Below are positions 45,581-54,544 of a DNA stretch of 64,000 bases, piece by piece. The stretch is from Candidatus Peribacteria bacterium RIFCSPHIGHO2_02_FULL_49_16 (GTDB lineage Bacteria; Patescibacteriota; Gracilibacteria; Peribacterales; Peribacteraceae), in the NCBI GenBank assembly GCA_001788955.1, contig MFXT01000025.1, positions 11,332 through 75,331 on the forward strand. Reading direction: 5' to 3'. Numbering within the stretch: position 1 is the stretch's first letter; every line of letters starts with the position of its first letter. The notes below the pieces were generated by a model, which was not told the DNA's origin, did not search any database, and saw only the letters and a program-made list of their open reading frames with translations. A program made the translations under genes and the position numbers.

Positions 45581-47026
45581 ATGAAACTTCTTTCTGTATT
45601 GTTACGTATGCTTCATACGAATACACCATTTACACTTATTCTCTTCGGTGCATCGGGGCATTTGGCACGAATGAAAATTTATCCTGCACTCTATGTGCTC
45701 GCACTCAAAAAACGCCTTCCGGAGAACTTCACCATCATCGGCTTCTCGCGCACAGATATGCACGATGAAGTTTTTCGTTCTCTGGTGCGCGTGGCAATCG
45801 AAAAAGACATGCCCGAAGTGAATACCATCGTTCTCGATCAACTTCTTTCACACATGCATTATTGTCAAGGGCAGTACGATAATCAAAAAGATTTTGAGAA
45901 GCTCGCCGGACGATGCGAGGAACAGGAAGATGGGTGGAAAAATCCGGTGAGACTTGCCTATCTCTCCATTCCACCAAGTGTTTTTTCTGTTGTTCTTGGC
46001 AATCTCTGCAAAGGCAGAGTACATGACCATAAAAAGGGGGAGGATTTTCGCTGCATCGTCGAAAAGCCTGTCGGGAATGATCTGCAAAGCGCCAATACCA
46101 TTATAGATGAACTGATGCAGTGTTTTTCTGAAGAAGAGATTTACTTTCTCGATCACTATCTCGGCAAGGAAGCCGTACGCAATGTCTACTATCTGCGCTA
46201 CGCCAATCCCATTCTGGAACGCCTGTTTAAAAATACACTCATTCATCATGTCGAAATCACTCTCGCCGAACCGAAAGGAATCGAAGGGCGAGCGGGATAT
46301 TTTGATGCTGTGGGAACATTTCTCGACATGTTTCAATCGCATCTTCTTATGATCAGCTCGCTGCTCACGATGAGACTGGAAGGTGATGATGATTTTTCTT
46401 CAAGCCGCCAAAATGCACTGGAGCAACTCTATCTTCCCCCCGCTTTGTCTCTTGACGATGTCGTATTACAGGGACAGTACAGTGGCTACGACGATGAAAA
46501 AGGCGTGTACAAAAACTCACGAGCCAATACATACGCCGCCCTCAAACTTCTTTCACGTACATCCAGATGGCAAGGCGTTCCGTTTTATTTGCGCAGCGGA
46601 AAATGCCTCGAAAAAAAAGAAACACGCATTTCGATTCAATTTCAGGAACCGCATACCGTTGGGGAAGGGAGTCATCCCAACCGTCTCGATATCATCCTTC
46701 AAGGAGAAGCCGGCATGCGGATACACTTACAGACAAAGCTCGGCGGTTCTGAACCACGCTTCCGTCCACTCCTTCTCGAAGATCCGCTCGTCTGCGTGGG
46801 GGATTGCCTGCCCGAACATGGTCTTTTGCTTCTCGAGGCCATTGCTCGCAAGAAACAGTGGTTCCTCTCCTTTGAAGAAGTGCGCGTCGCATGGCGGCTT
46901 ATCGACCCTATACAGAAACACTTACAACAAAAGTCAACACCATTATATCTGTATACGGCGGGCTCAAGTGGTCCAGCCGAAGCAGATGCATGGATTGCTC
47001 GAGATGGGATACACTGGTGCACATAA
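45581..47026 (+). CDS. zwf: glucose-6-phosphate 1-dehydrogenase
   Basis: NADP-binding motif ILFGASGHLARMKIYPALY. Active-site motif FLDHYLGKE. Confidence 0.92.
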   Translation: MKLLSVLLRMLHTNTPFTLILFGASGHLARMKIYPALYVLALKKRLPENFTIIGFSRTDMHDEVFRSLVRVAIEKDMPEVNTIVLDQLLSHMHYCQGQYDNQKDFEKLAGRCEEQEDGWKNPVRLAYLSIPPSVFSVVLGNLCKGRVHDHKKGEDFRCIVEKPVGNDLQSANTIIDELMQCFSEEEIYFLDHYLGKEAVRNVYYLRYANPILERLFKNTLIHHVEITLAEPKGIEGRAGYFDAVGTFLDMFQSHLLMISSLLTMRLEGDDDFSSSRQNALEQLYLPPALSLDDVVLQGQYSGYDDEKGVYKNSRANTYAALKLLSRTSRWQGVPFYLRSGKCLEKKETRISIQFQEPHTVGEGSHPNRLDIILQGEAGMRIHLQTKLGGSEPRFRPLLLEDPLVCVGDCLPEHGLLLLEAIARKKQWFLSFEEVRVAWRLIDPIQKHLQQKSTPLYLYTAGSSGPAEADAWIARDGIHWCT

Positions 47027-47721
47027 TGTACCTCAAAGATGTTCGTTTCGCTTCCTTTCTTCCTGTTGCAGCATTGGCTCTTGCCATCGCAAATTTTCTG
47101 CAATTTTTCTCGACTTCCACCGGACAAATTTCTCTGACAGGAGTGTTTTCTGATGTCCCTCTTCATCATCCGAATATCGAGGCCATTGATTACCTTGCAG
47201 AAAAAAATCTCGTCAGCGGGTATCCCGATGGCACATTTCAACCGGAACGGTTGATCAACCGTGCGGAATTGACAAAAATCGTCACCGGAAGCGTGTATGG
47301 ATCTCTTGATATTGAGAATTGTCTGAATACGATTTCGTCATCGGATCTCTATGCACCAAACCTCCTTTTCAGTGACACTGCGCTTCATCATTGGTTTTCG
47401 AAATATGTGTGCATCGCTAAACTCAACCGTTTTATTGGCGGGTATCCCGATGGTACGTTTCGTCCCGACATCACCATCAATTTTGCCGAAGCCGCCAAGA
47501 TTCTTAGCTTGGGATTCCAGATCGAAACCTCACGGACTAACGATTCCAATCCATGGTATCGAGGATACGTTCAAGATATCGCGAATGAGAATGCCATTCC
47601 GCTTTCCATCCAACGCTTTGACCAGTCAATCACGCGCGGGGAAATGGCCGAAATGATCTATCGACTTGACGCAAATCTTCGCACTCTTCCGTCACGGACA
47701 TATGATGAAATTGATATTTGA
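47026..47721 (+). CDS. S-layer-homology (SLH) domain protein
   Basis: Signal or anchor, then two SLH repeats (IEAIDYLAEKNLVSGYPDGTFQPERLINRAELTKIV and CIAKLNRFIGGYPDGTFRPDITINFAEAAKIL). The ATG overlaps the zwf TAA (TAATG). Confidence 0.8.
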   Translation: MYLKDVRFASFLPVAALALAIANFLQFFSTSTGQISLTGVFSDVPLHHPNIEAIDYLAEKNLVSGYPDGTFQPERLINRAELTKIVTGSVYGSLDIENCLNTISSSDLYAPNLLFSDTALHHWFSKYVCIAKLNRFIGGYPDGTFRPDITINFAEAAKILSLGFQIETSRTNDSNPWYRGYVQDIANENAIPLSIQRFDQSITRGEMAEMIYRLDANLRTLPSRTYDEIDI

Positions 47722-47738
47722 TACTTGAGAATTGAACT

Positions 47739-48476
47739 ATGTCATCCATATTCGATCAGATCAATTGCAAAGATCATGCAGAATTTGTCGAAAAAAGCGC
47801 GGATATCATCGCATCATCTATTCAAAAATCCATTACGGGTCGCGGTGAATGCCTTCTTTGCCTCTCGGGTGGCAAAACTCCTTGTCCAGTCTATACAGAA
47901 ATCGGGAAGCGAAAAGACATCGATTGGCAGAAGGTCTCGATCTTCCTTTGCGACGAGCGCTACGTTCCCAGAGATCATACGATGAGTAATCAGAAACTCA
48001 TTCACAAAACACTGCTTCGTCATGATCAATTACTTGTCGGCAGCAGCCAATTTCCCAATACTTCTCTTCCTTTAGAACATTGCATCGCCGATTATGCTGC
48101 TCGAATAAAAACACTGTGGCACAATCACAGTACTGATATTGCCATTCTCGGCATGGGGATCGACGGACACACGGCATCGCTTTTTCCGCCGCTTTCTGAT
48201 GCAGAACTCGGCGACGAAAAACTTGTGCTTCATACCACCACTCATCAGTTCGCCGTTCATGACCGCATCACGCTCTCCTTGAATGCGCTGGCCGCATCAC
48301 GGCATTGCATCGTGTTGCTCACGGGAGAAAAGAAACGGCACATATGGGAGGAAATGATGTATAGCAATGAAGATGAACGCCGATGGCCCATGAAGCGGAT
48401 ATTGGAAATATGTGATGTGACCGTCGTGACGGATTGGGAGGGCGAGTTTTATACGCAATTGATTTCCAAAAAATGA
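47739..48476 (+). CDS. pgl: 6-phosphogluconolactonase
   Basis: CLSGGKTP and LGMGIDGHTASLFP. Confidence 0.88.
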   Translation: MSSIFDQINCKDHAEFVEKSADIIASSIQKSITGRGECLLCLSGGKTPCPVYTEIGKRKDIDWQKVSIFLCDERYVPRDHTMSNQKLIHKTLLRHDQLLVGSSQFPNTSLPLEHCIADYAARIKTLWHNHSTDIAILGMGIDGHTASLFPPLSDAELGDEKLVLHTTTHQFAVHDRITLSLNALAASRHCIVLLTGEKKRHIWEEMMYSNEDERRWPMKRILEICDVTVVTDWEGEFYTQLISKK

Positions 48477-48859
48477 TCCACGATATTGCCGCCCGCAACG
48501 CAAACGACATCAATGCGATATCCACCATCAAAATCTTTTTCGGTAATCCACCGCTTTGCAGCGCGCGTCATGCGTTTGCGTTTTTCCCACGTGATATTCA
48601 TTTCCGGCAGATACTCACTCTCTTCGCGCGACCGCGTTTTCACTTCGACAAAGACTAGCGTCTGATCAGCCGGATCAAAGGCGATGATATCGATCTCATC
48701 GTGCTTTCCGACATGCACATTGCGATCGATAATGCGATATTTTTTGCCCTTCAGATAGCGCGTTGCGAGATTTTCACCTTGCCGACCGACCTGGAAGTGC
48801 AGAGCATTTTTTTCCCTTTTGAAAAACGATGGAATACATAGTTGCATAGATACATGCAT
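48449..48859 (-). CDS. yraN: YraN-family (UPF0102) endonuclease-like protein
   Basis: GRQGENLATRYLKGKKYRIIDRN...DEIDIIAFD...LVFVEVKTR. The start is uncertain (48886, 48859 or 48847). Confidence 0.8.
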   Translation of the reverse strand: MHVSMQLCIPSFFKREKNALHFQVGRQGENLATRYLKGKKYRIIDRNVHVGKHDEIDIIAFDPADQTLVFVEVKTRSREESEYLPEMNITWEKRKRMTRAAKRWITEKDFDGGYRIDVVCVAGGNIVDHFLEINCV

Positions 48860-48877
48860 AAATATTTTTCCTGTTCT

Positions 48878-48899
48878 TGTCCACAAATATCTGTGGACA
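48878..48899. promoter_or_regulatory. 22-bp palindrome TGTCCACA-N6-TGTGGACA in the yraN/comM divergent region
   Basis: Two perfect 8-bp arms separated by AATATC. Operator-like. Confidence 0.4.
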
Positions 48900-48952
48900 G
48901 AAAGGTGTACGAAAGTACACTCATATTTGTTATACGTTCTACCATCTCATTC

Positions 48953-50455
48953 ATGCTCACTAAAATCTCTTCATTCGCACATATTGGTCTTCGCAGCGAA
49001 CACATCACCGTTGAAATCGGCACGCATCGCGGTACAGGCGGCATCACGATTGTCGGTCTTGGAGATACCGCCGTACAAGAAAGTAAACAACGTATCAGTC
49101 TCGCTTTTCGCTCCAGCGGATTTCGCATCCCCACCGGACACACCATTATCGTCAACCTCGCGCCGGCAGACGTGAAGAAAGTCGGCCCGCGATTCGATCT
49201 TCCGATCGCACTCGGCATTCTCATCGTGCACGAACTTGTGGATATTCCAAAGGATGCTCTCGAACGCACCGTTGTTCTCGGCGAACTTGCCCTCGATGGG
49301 AGCCTGCGTCATGTGTCCGGCGTGCTGCCGGCAACCATTGCCGCACGCAATGCCGGTATGAAGCGCGTCATTGTGCCCATGCCCAATGGACCCGAAGCCG
49401 CGCTTATCCCGGACATCGAAGTCATTGCGGCAGAAAATCTGACCGAGCTCATTGCCATTCTCGCCGGCGAAAAGCAAAAGCCGACTATTCCGCCTCCGGC
49501 AAGCAGTCCCGTGCATGCCGTGAATACAAGTGTGGATTTCGCCGATGTCCGAGGACAAGCCCATGCAAAACGCGCACTCGAGATCGCCGCTGCCGGAGGA
49601 CATAATATTCTGATGAGCGGAGCACCCGGTGCCGGAAAGACGCTCCTCGCACGTGCGCTGCGCGGCATTCTGCCGCCATTGACGCGAGAAGAATCCATCG
49701 AAGTCAGCCAGATTTATTCCGTAGCCAACCTCCTCTCCACGGAAGAACCTCTTCTCCGTCATCGCCCCTTTCGTACCGTACACCACACGGCAAGCGGCGT
49801 GAGCATCGTCGGCGGCGGGCAAACGCCCGGACCGGGTGAGATCAGCCTCGCCCACAAGGGCGTTCTCTTCCTCGATGAACTTGCGGAATTCCCCGCAAAC
49901 GTCCTCGAAGTCTTGCGTCAACCTCTTGAAGATCAGACCATCACCATCACACGCGCACAGGGAAGCGTGACATTCCCCGCAGAATTTCTTCTTGTCGCCG
50001 CCATGAATCCGCCAGAGTACAGTCCCGGAAGCATCAGGCGCATCAAACGACGGATCAGCGCACCGCTGCTTGATCGTATTGACCTCACGATTTCCGTGCA
50101 ACCGGTTGCTGTCGATGACTTGCAACAGCAACACAATGATGGAGAATCATCGGCAACGATTCTGGAACGCGTCGAGAGAGCACGGGAAAGACAACAGAAA
50201 CGCTTTACCGATCTTCCCATTTCCATTAATAAAGCAATGGGCATTAGAGAGTTGCGCACGTTCTGCGTTCTTGACCAGCAGTCGGAAACATTGCTGAAGC
50301 AAGCAGTCGAACGCCTGCGTCTTTCCGCCCGCAGTTATCATCGCACTATCAAAGTGGCACGAACCATTGCAGACCTCAACGAATCTGATGCCATCCGAGC
50401 AACACATGTCGCAGAAGCCCTGCAATATCGACAGACAATCGGCATAGAGGATTGA
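48953..50455 (+). CDS. comM: Mg-chelatase-like AAA+ protein ComM/YifB
   Basis: Lon-like N-terminal domain, Walker A GAPGAGKTLLARAL, Walker B GVLFLDELAEF. Met38 was chosen. Confidence 0.9.
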   Translation: MLTKISSFAHIGLRSEHITVEIGTHRGTGGITIVGLGDTAVQESKQRISLAFRSSGFRIPTGHTIIVNLAPADVKKVGPRFDLPIALGILIVHELVDIPKDALERTVVLGELALDGSLRHVSGVLPATIAARNAGMKRVIVPMPNGPEAALIPDIEVIAAENLTELIAILAGEKQKPTIPPPASSPVHAVNTSVDFADVRGQAHAKRALEIAAAGGHNILMSGAPGAGKTLLARALRGILPPLTREESIEVSQIYSVANLLSTEEPLLRHRPFRTVHHTASGVSIVGGGQTPGPGEISLAHKGVLFLDELAEFPANVLEVLRQPLEDQTITITRAQGSVTFPAEFLLVAAMNPPEYSPGSIRRIKRRISAPLLDRIDLTISVQPVAVDDLQQQHNDGESSATILERVERARERQQKRFTDLPISINKAMGIRELRTFCVLDQQSETLLKQAVERLRLSARSYHRTIKVARTIADLNESDAIRATHVAEALQYRQTIGIED

Positions 50456-52179
50456 GAATAAAAAAGATGCTACACTGGTCACCAATGCCTTCCATTCACC
50501 GATTTTCTCATGAATTACTTGTCATTGCCGTTACATTCGGCGTCATTGTATTGAGCCTGGCCGACCGACAAAACCTGCAACAGGCAAGCATGAGCTATAC
50601 AGATCGCACCGAGACCTACATCGACGGCGCCGCATTTTCGCAGGAAGAGCGCGTTGCCATCAGCCTTCTGACAAATCTTGGCGCTGTTTCCGGAAATCCC
50701 GATGGGACATTTGCACCGCAGAATCAACTCAACCGCGCGGAATTTATAAAGATCGCGCTTTTGAGTTCTCCGGGATTTCTCGTACCGATCGAAAGCGAAC
50801 GCTGTTTTCCGGACGTACAGAAAGCAGATTGGTTCAGCGTGTACGTCTGCTTTGCAAAGGCACAAAACATTGTCCAAGGATATCCGGACGGATTATTTCA
50901 GCCGGGACGAGTGGTGAATTATGTGGAAGCGGTCAAGATCTTGAGCGAGATGTATGCATATGATCTGCAAAAACAGCAACGTGGGGAACAATGGTACGTG
51001 CGCTACCTCAACGCGGCACAAGCGCGTGGAGTCTTGCTTCTCCAAGGACTCGCACCGGGTCATCCGCTCACGCGCGGACAGATGGCGCAACTTGCAGCGG
51101 CCTTCCGCGTAGAAAGAGAAGGAGAACTGGAAGAATATCGGGCGAGAGAACGGGGCGAAGAAGGGCATGATGAAATACAAGATCCCGGGGATACCGGTAA
51201 TTCCTCGGACTCTTCGGCTTCTTTGTATCCCTTGGAATCCGTATATTCACAGCCCACAACGAGTCATTTTCTGATGCTCGGAGACACTGCGCCGGTTGCT
51301 GATGGACTTTTTATCAATACCCGCGAGGATGGCATCATTACGCTCATTCAAATCACGATTGAGAAAAATGTGAAGTCTTTGCGATCGTTCCATCTCGTCG
51401 ATGAGCATGGCACGTTGATTGCAAAATTGAACGTCGAACTCAACAGCACACAAGAGCGTCTGAAATGGGAAGCCCGTGAGAACGCGTTCGTGGAAGAATT
51501 TTTCATCGCAAAGAATGATGCGACTCCACTCTTCCTTCTGGCAGAACTTCGAGATCGCGATCTCGAAGGGGGTATCCCCGGAGAAATTTTGGAGGTGCGC
51601 GACTGGAGCCTGATCATGCAAAGTCTTGATCATGAGCGAAGCTGGCAATTCCTTCCCGAAAAAAAAGTGCACCCTTTCCATCAGACTGTGCAGGGAGAAA
51701 TTATCGACGTGCAGGAAGTGTCGTCTCTCACAAACACAGAACTCCGTGACGGAGAGGCTCGCGTTCTCGGACGATTCACGTTCACGGGAAAAACGGTATC
51801 CGCAGCAAAGCTCTCTCTCGAAGAACTCATATTCACGATCAAACCCGAAGGCCTCGATACATCGAAGCATCGCTTGTATCATCCCGATGGACGCAGTACG
51901 GAATGTTTCGTCGAAAATATTGAGGGGACAAGCATCACCTGCCCCATCCTCGATCAGAGCATGGGACACATCCGTGATGAGGGGCTGACTCTCGAATTTC
52001 GCGGCGACATCGCACTCCTCGCCGGAGCCGTGAATCCGACGATTCGGGTGTCTCTCGATGAACCCGGAACAATCGGAAAAAACGGCGCTATTCGTTGGAC
52101 AGATCAAACGGGAAGATATAATTGGGTAGATCTCCCAAAACCGCTTGCAGAGGGACCCGTGTGGAGTGTGTTGAAATAA
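50452..52179 (+). CDS. SLH-domain surface protein with a large uncharacterised C-terminal region
   Basis: TM or signal, then SLH repeats (ISLLTNLGAVSGNPDGTFAPQNQLNRAEFIKI and FAKAQNIVQGYPDGLFQPGRVVNYVEAVKIL). TTG start at 50452, or ATG at 50468. Confidence 0.75.
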   Translation: MRIKKMLHWSPMPSIHRFSHELLVIAVTFGVIVLSLADRQNLQQASMSYTDRTETYIDGAAFSQEERVAISLLTNLGAVSGNPDGTFAPQNQLNRAEFIKIALLSSPGFLVPIESERCFPDVQKADWFSVYVCFAKAQNIVQGYPDGLFQPGRVVNYVEAVKILSEMYAYDLQKQQRGEQWYVRYLNAAQARGVLLLQGLAPGHPLTRGQMAQLAAAFRVEREGELEEYRARERGEEGHDEIQDPGDTGNSSDSSASLYPLESVYSQPTTSHFLMLGDTAPVADGLFINTREDGIITLIQITIEKNVKSLRSFHLVDEHGTLIAKLNVELNSTQERLKWEARENAFVEEFFIAKNDATPLFLLAELRDRDLEGGIPGEILEVRDWSLIMQSLDHERSWQFLPEKKVHPFHQTVQGEIIDVQEVSSLTNTELRDGEARVLGRFTFTGKTVSAAKLSLEELIFTIKPEGLDTSKHRLYHPDGRSTECFVENIEGTSITCPILDQSMGHIRDEGLTLEFRGDIALLAGAVNPTIRVSLDEPGTIGKNGAIRWTDQTGRYNWVDLPKPLAEGPVWSVLK

Positions 52180-52182
52180 CAG

Positions 52183-52257
52183 GACCCCGTAGTTCAATGG
52201 ATAGAACTGCCCTCTCCTAAGGGGCAAATGCAGGTTCGATTCCTGCCGGGGTCACCA
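52183..52257 (+). tRNA. tRNA-Arg (CCT)
   Basis: GACCCCGTAGTTCAATGGATAGAACTGCCCTCTCCTAAGGGGCAAATGCAGGTTCGATTCCTGCCGGGGTCACCA. Anticodon loop is CTCCTAA. CCA is encoded. Confidence 0.92.
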
Positions 52258-52299
52258 TTCGACTCCGCTCACTTCGTTCGCTTCGCTCATGGTAAACCA

Positions 52300-52581
52300 T
52301 TATTTTCCAAACTCTCGAGGTCTGTTCTTTGCTCGTACTTTTGCCACAATGGCAATGCCAAACCACAGTATGCCGGCTGCGAGTGTCGCAATGCCGCCAA
52401 AGTACGCACCAAGTCCGAGTATGCCGATCGTGGCAAGGATATGAAAGCATCCATACATGATGCCAGTAAAAACGAGTCCGAGCTCGATCGTTTTCACACC
52501 AAACAGAGAGAACAGAAGCGGCAAGAGCGCGAGAATGAAGCCAACATTGGCAATGCCGATGAGGAGGTCTTGCCAAGACAT
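52300..52581 (-). CDS. small 3-TM membrane protein
   Basis: 93 aa with three hydrophobic helices and a basic C-terminus (KVRAKNRPREFGK). Confidence 0.55.
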   Translation of the reverse strand: MSWQDLLIGIANVGFILALLPLLFSLFGVKTIELGLVFTGIMYGCFHILATIGILGLGAYFGGIATLAAGILWFGIAIVAKVRAKNRPREFGK

Positions 52582-52587
52582 AGCGAA

Positions 52588-53115
52588 CTATCCAAACACC
52601 ACCACTTCTCTCCCCTCACTTGGAAGAGCGCCTTTCAGCTTATATTCTTTGACAGTCTCCTTATCCTCTGCACCACAGGCTTTGATGATATCGTTTTCTA
52701 CTTTCTTCCCTGCCGGAGGCACAAGCATGATCATACGCGGATCAACTTTCTCAACAAGTTTCTGCACTTTTTTGACATCCTCCGCAGGAAGAACGAGTAT
52801 ATCAATATCACCGAGAGATCCGATTTCCTCTTCTGACCATTCTTTCAATGGCGGCGCGATAAACGCCATCTTCACACCGTTATCTTCCATGCGATATGAG
52901 ACATGTTGTCCTTCTTGTTGACCGATTCCTTTTACGGAAAGCCCCTTAAAATCATACTCACCCGGCCAAGAGACGTTCTCTTTGTCTATCCCCTCTTCGG
53001 GTGCTTGGAGAAACGTGACATCTGTTTTTGCCTCTTCATTCGCGAATATTGTAAATGATTTCGAACCGCCCATAACCTGAATACCGCCTTTTGGAAGAAG
53101 AGAGAAAGTGAGCAT
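52588..53115 (-). CDS. MBL-fold-like (Lactamase_B_3-type) protein lacking the HxHxDH motif
   Basis: WPGEYDFKGLSVKGIG...GDIDILVLPAEDVKKVQKLVEKVDPRMIMLVP resembles the C-terminal half of UlaG-like MBL-fold proteins. No metal-binding His cluster is seen. Confidence 0.4.
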   Translation of the reverse strand: MLTFSLLPKGGIQVMGGSKSFTIFANEEAKTDVTFLQAPEEGIDKENVSWPGEYDFKGLSVKGIGQQEGQHVSYRMEDNGVKMAFIAPPLKEWSEEEIGSLGDIDILVLPAEDVKKVQKLVEKVDPRMIMLVPPAGKKVENDIIKACGAEDKETVKEYKLKGALPSEGREVVVFG

Positions 53116-53123
53116 GCAGATAG

Positions 53124-53129
53124 GTTATA
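53124..53129 (-). promoter_or_regulatory. -10-like TATAAC (tandem copy at 53131-53136), 8 nt upstream of the ATG at 53115
   Basis: Minus strand reads GTATAACCTATAACCTATCTGCATG. Confidence 0.35.
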
Positions 53130-53152
53130 GGTTATACGTCATAAGGGATAGA

Positions 53153-54487
53153 TTATACGGATAATAAGGCTTTCTGCATTGCGCGCCCTGCCATCTTCTG
53201 CCGCATTTTCCCATCATCGCCAATCACCACCCTCTCTATCTCTGCGCCGAGGGAACGTAATTTTTCATCAAGCTGATCATATCCACGTTCGATGTAACGC
53301 ACATCGGTCAATGTCGTTTCGCCCTCCGCACACAATGCTGCAATGACCATTGCCGCTCCCGCGCGAATATCATTACTGGCAACCGTGCGACCATGAAGCA
53401 TACACGGACCGATTATGAGCGCTTCACGCGCATTAAGTACCTCAATATGCGCTCCCATTTTCTCCAACTCATAGAGATAGGAAAGCTTGCGTTCGTACAG
53501 TCGTTCAAAGATCCGGCTCACACCCTGCGCCTGCGTCATCGCCACTCCCATCGGGGCTTGTAAATCCGTAGGGAAACCCGGATAAATATTCGTCTTAACA
53601 CTCATTGCACATAGTGAAGAAATCTCTCCATCAACAAACAACACTTTTTCCTCCTTCTCATACCGAAACACGCCGCCAAAACGGCGGATCACATCGAGAA
53701 AGGAAAGCAAATGGTCTTCTTCCACATTATACAGTCGCACTTTTCCTTTCGTGACAAGAGCAGCCAATAGGAGCGTTCCCGCTTCCAGATAATCACTCGT
53801 GATCGTATGTTTTAATGAGGAGAGATCTGTCTTTCCCCGCACGCGCACCCTGTGCTCTCCCACTCCTTTTATTTCCACGCCGGTACTGATCAGTGCATGT
53901 TCGAGATCCTGTACATGAGGCTCTGCTGCAGCCAGTTCAATCCGCGTTTCTCCCGGCAGGAGAGCCGCGGCAAGGAGCAGACTTTCCGTTGCCGTTACCG
54001 AGAACTCCGGCAGAATTACGATGCCCGGCTGCAATGTTCCCTGAAGATGGATTGTCGTTTCCGTACTCATGTTCTCTGCTCCCAATTGCATGAGCGACGT
54101 TACATTCGCATCGAGCGGACGCTTTCCCAATACGCATCCTCCAGGATATGCCATTTCCACAACGCCAAATCGTGCCAAAAGCGGACCCAGCAGAATAATA
54201 GATGCACGAAGCTTCGAAACAAGTTCTTCCGGAATAGGTTTGCTGCACAACCGATTGGTGCGAATACGAACCGTTCCGTTTTCTTCAAAATGCGTTTCTG
54301 CTCCCAGATATTCTAAAATGCACAACATACTCTCTGTATCACGGATGCGTGGCACATTCCGTAAAACTGTTTCCCCATCACAGATGATACTTGATGCAAT
54401 CAGCGGAAGCGCGGCATTTTTAGAGCCGCTTATTCTCACATCGCCACACAAAGCATTCCCTCCCCGCATACGGTAGTGGATGTCCAT
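53153..54487 (-). CDS. murA: UDP-N-acetylglucosamine 1-carboxyvinyltransferase
   Basis: GDVRISGSKNAALPLIASSI, and the active-site Cys in YPGGCVLGKRPLD. Met15 was chosen. Confidence 0.93.
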   Translation of the reverse strand: MDIHYRMRGGNALCGDVRISGSKNAALPLIASSIICDGETVLRNVPRIRDTESMLCILEYLGAETHFEENGTVRIRTNRLCSKPIPEELVSKLRASIILLGPLLARFGVVEMAYPGGCVLGKRPLDANVTSLMQLGAENMSTETTIHLQGTLQPGIVILPEFSVTATESLLLAAALLPGETRIELAAAEPHVQDLEHALISTGVEIKGVGEHRVRVRGKTDLSSLKHTITSDYLEAGTLLLAALVTKGKVRLYNVEEDHLLSFLDVIRRFGGVFRYEKEEKVLFVDGEISSLCAMSVKTNIYPGFPTDLQAPMGVAMTQAQGVSRIFERLYERKLSYLYELEKMGAHIEVLNAREALIIGPCMLHGRTVASNDIRAGAAMVIAALCAEGETTLTDVRYIERGYDQLDEKLRSLGAEIERVVIGDDGKMRQKMAGRAMQKALLSV

Positions 54488-54544
54488 AGAGTGAGAAAAG
54501 TATACGCCACCATAAATGATCTTTAACAATAAATTATACTTTAG

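Noticed and set aside
48971-50134. Very long antisense or out-of-frame ORFs. Examples: 48971-50134 (387 aa, opposite comM), 32611-33750 (379 aa, opposite uvrB), 51247-52227 (326 aa, opposite the SLH gene), 61913-62788 (291 aa, opposite the DinG-like gene), 10820-11677 and 9704-10552 (opposite pilB/pilC), 2963-3550, 58981-59610, and 46383-47153.
   Set aside because: Each lies entirely within a gene on the other strand or frame that has strong family motifs. Their translations are Arg/Cys/His-rich, low-complexity and without motifs. This is the typical shadow-ORF effect of codon bias.
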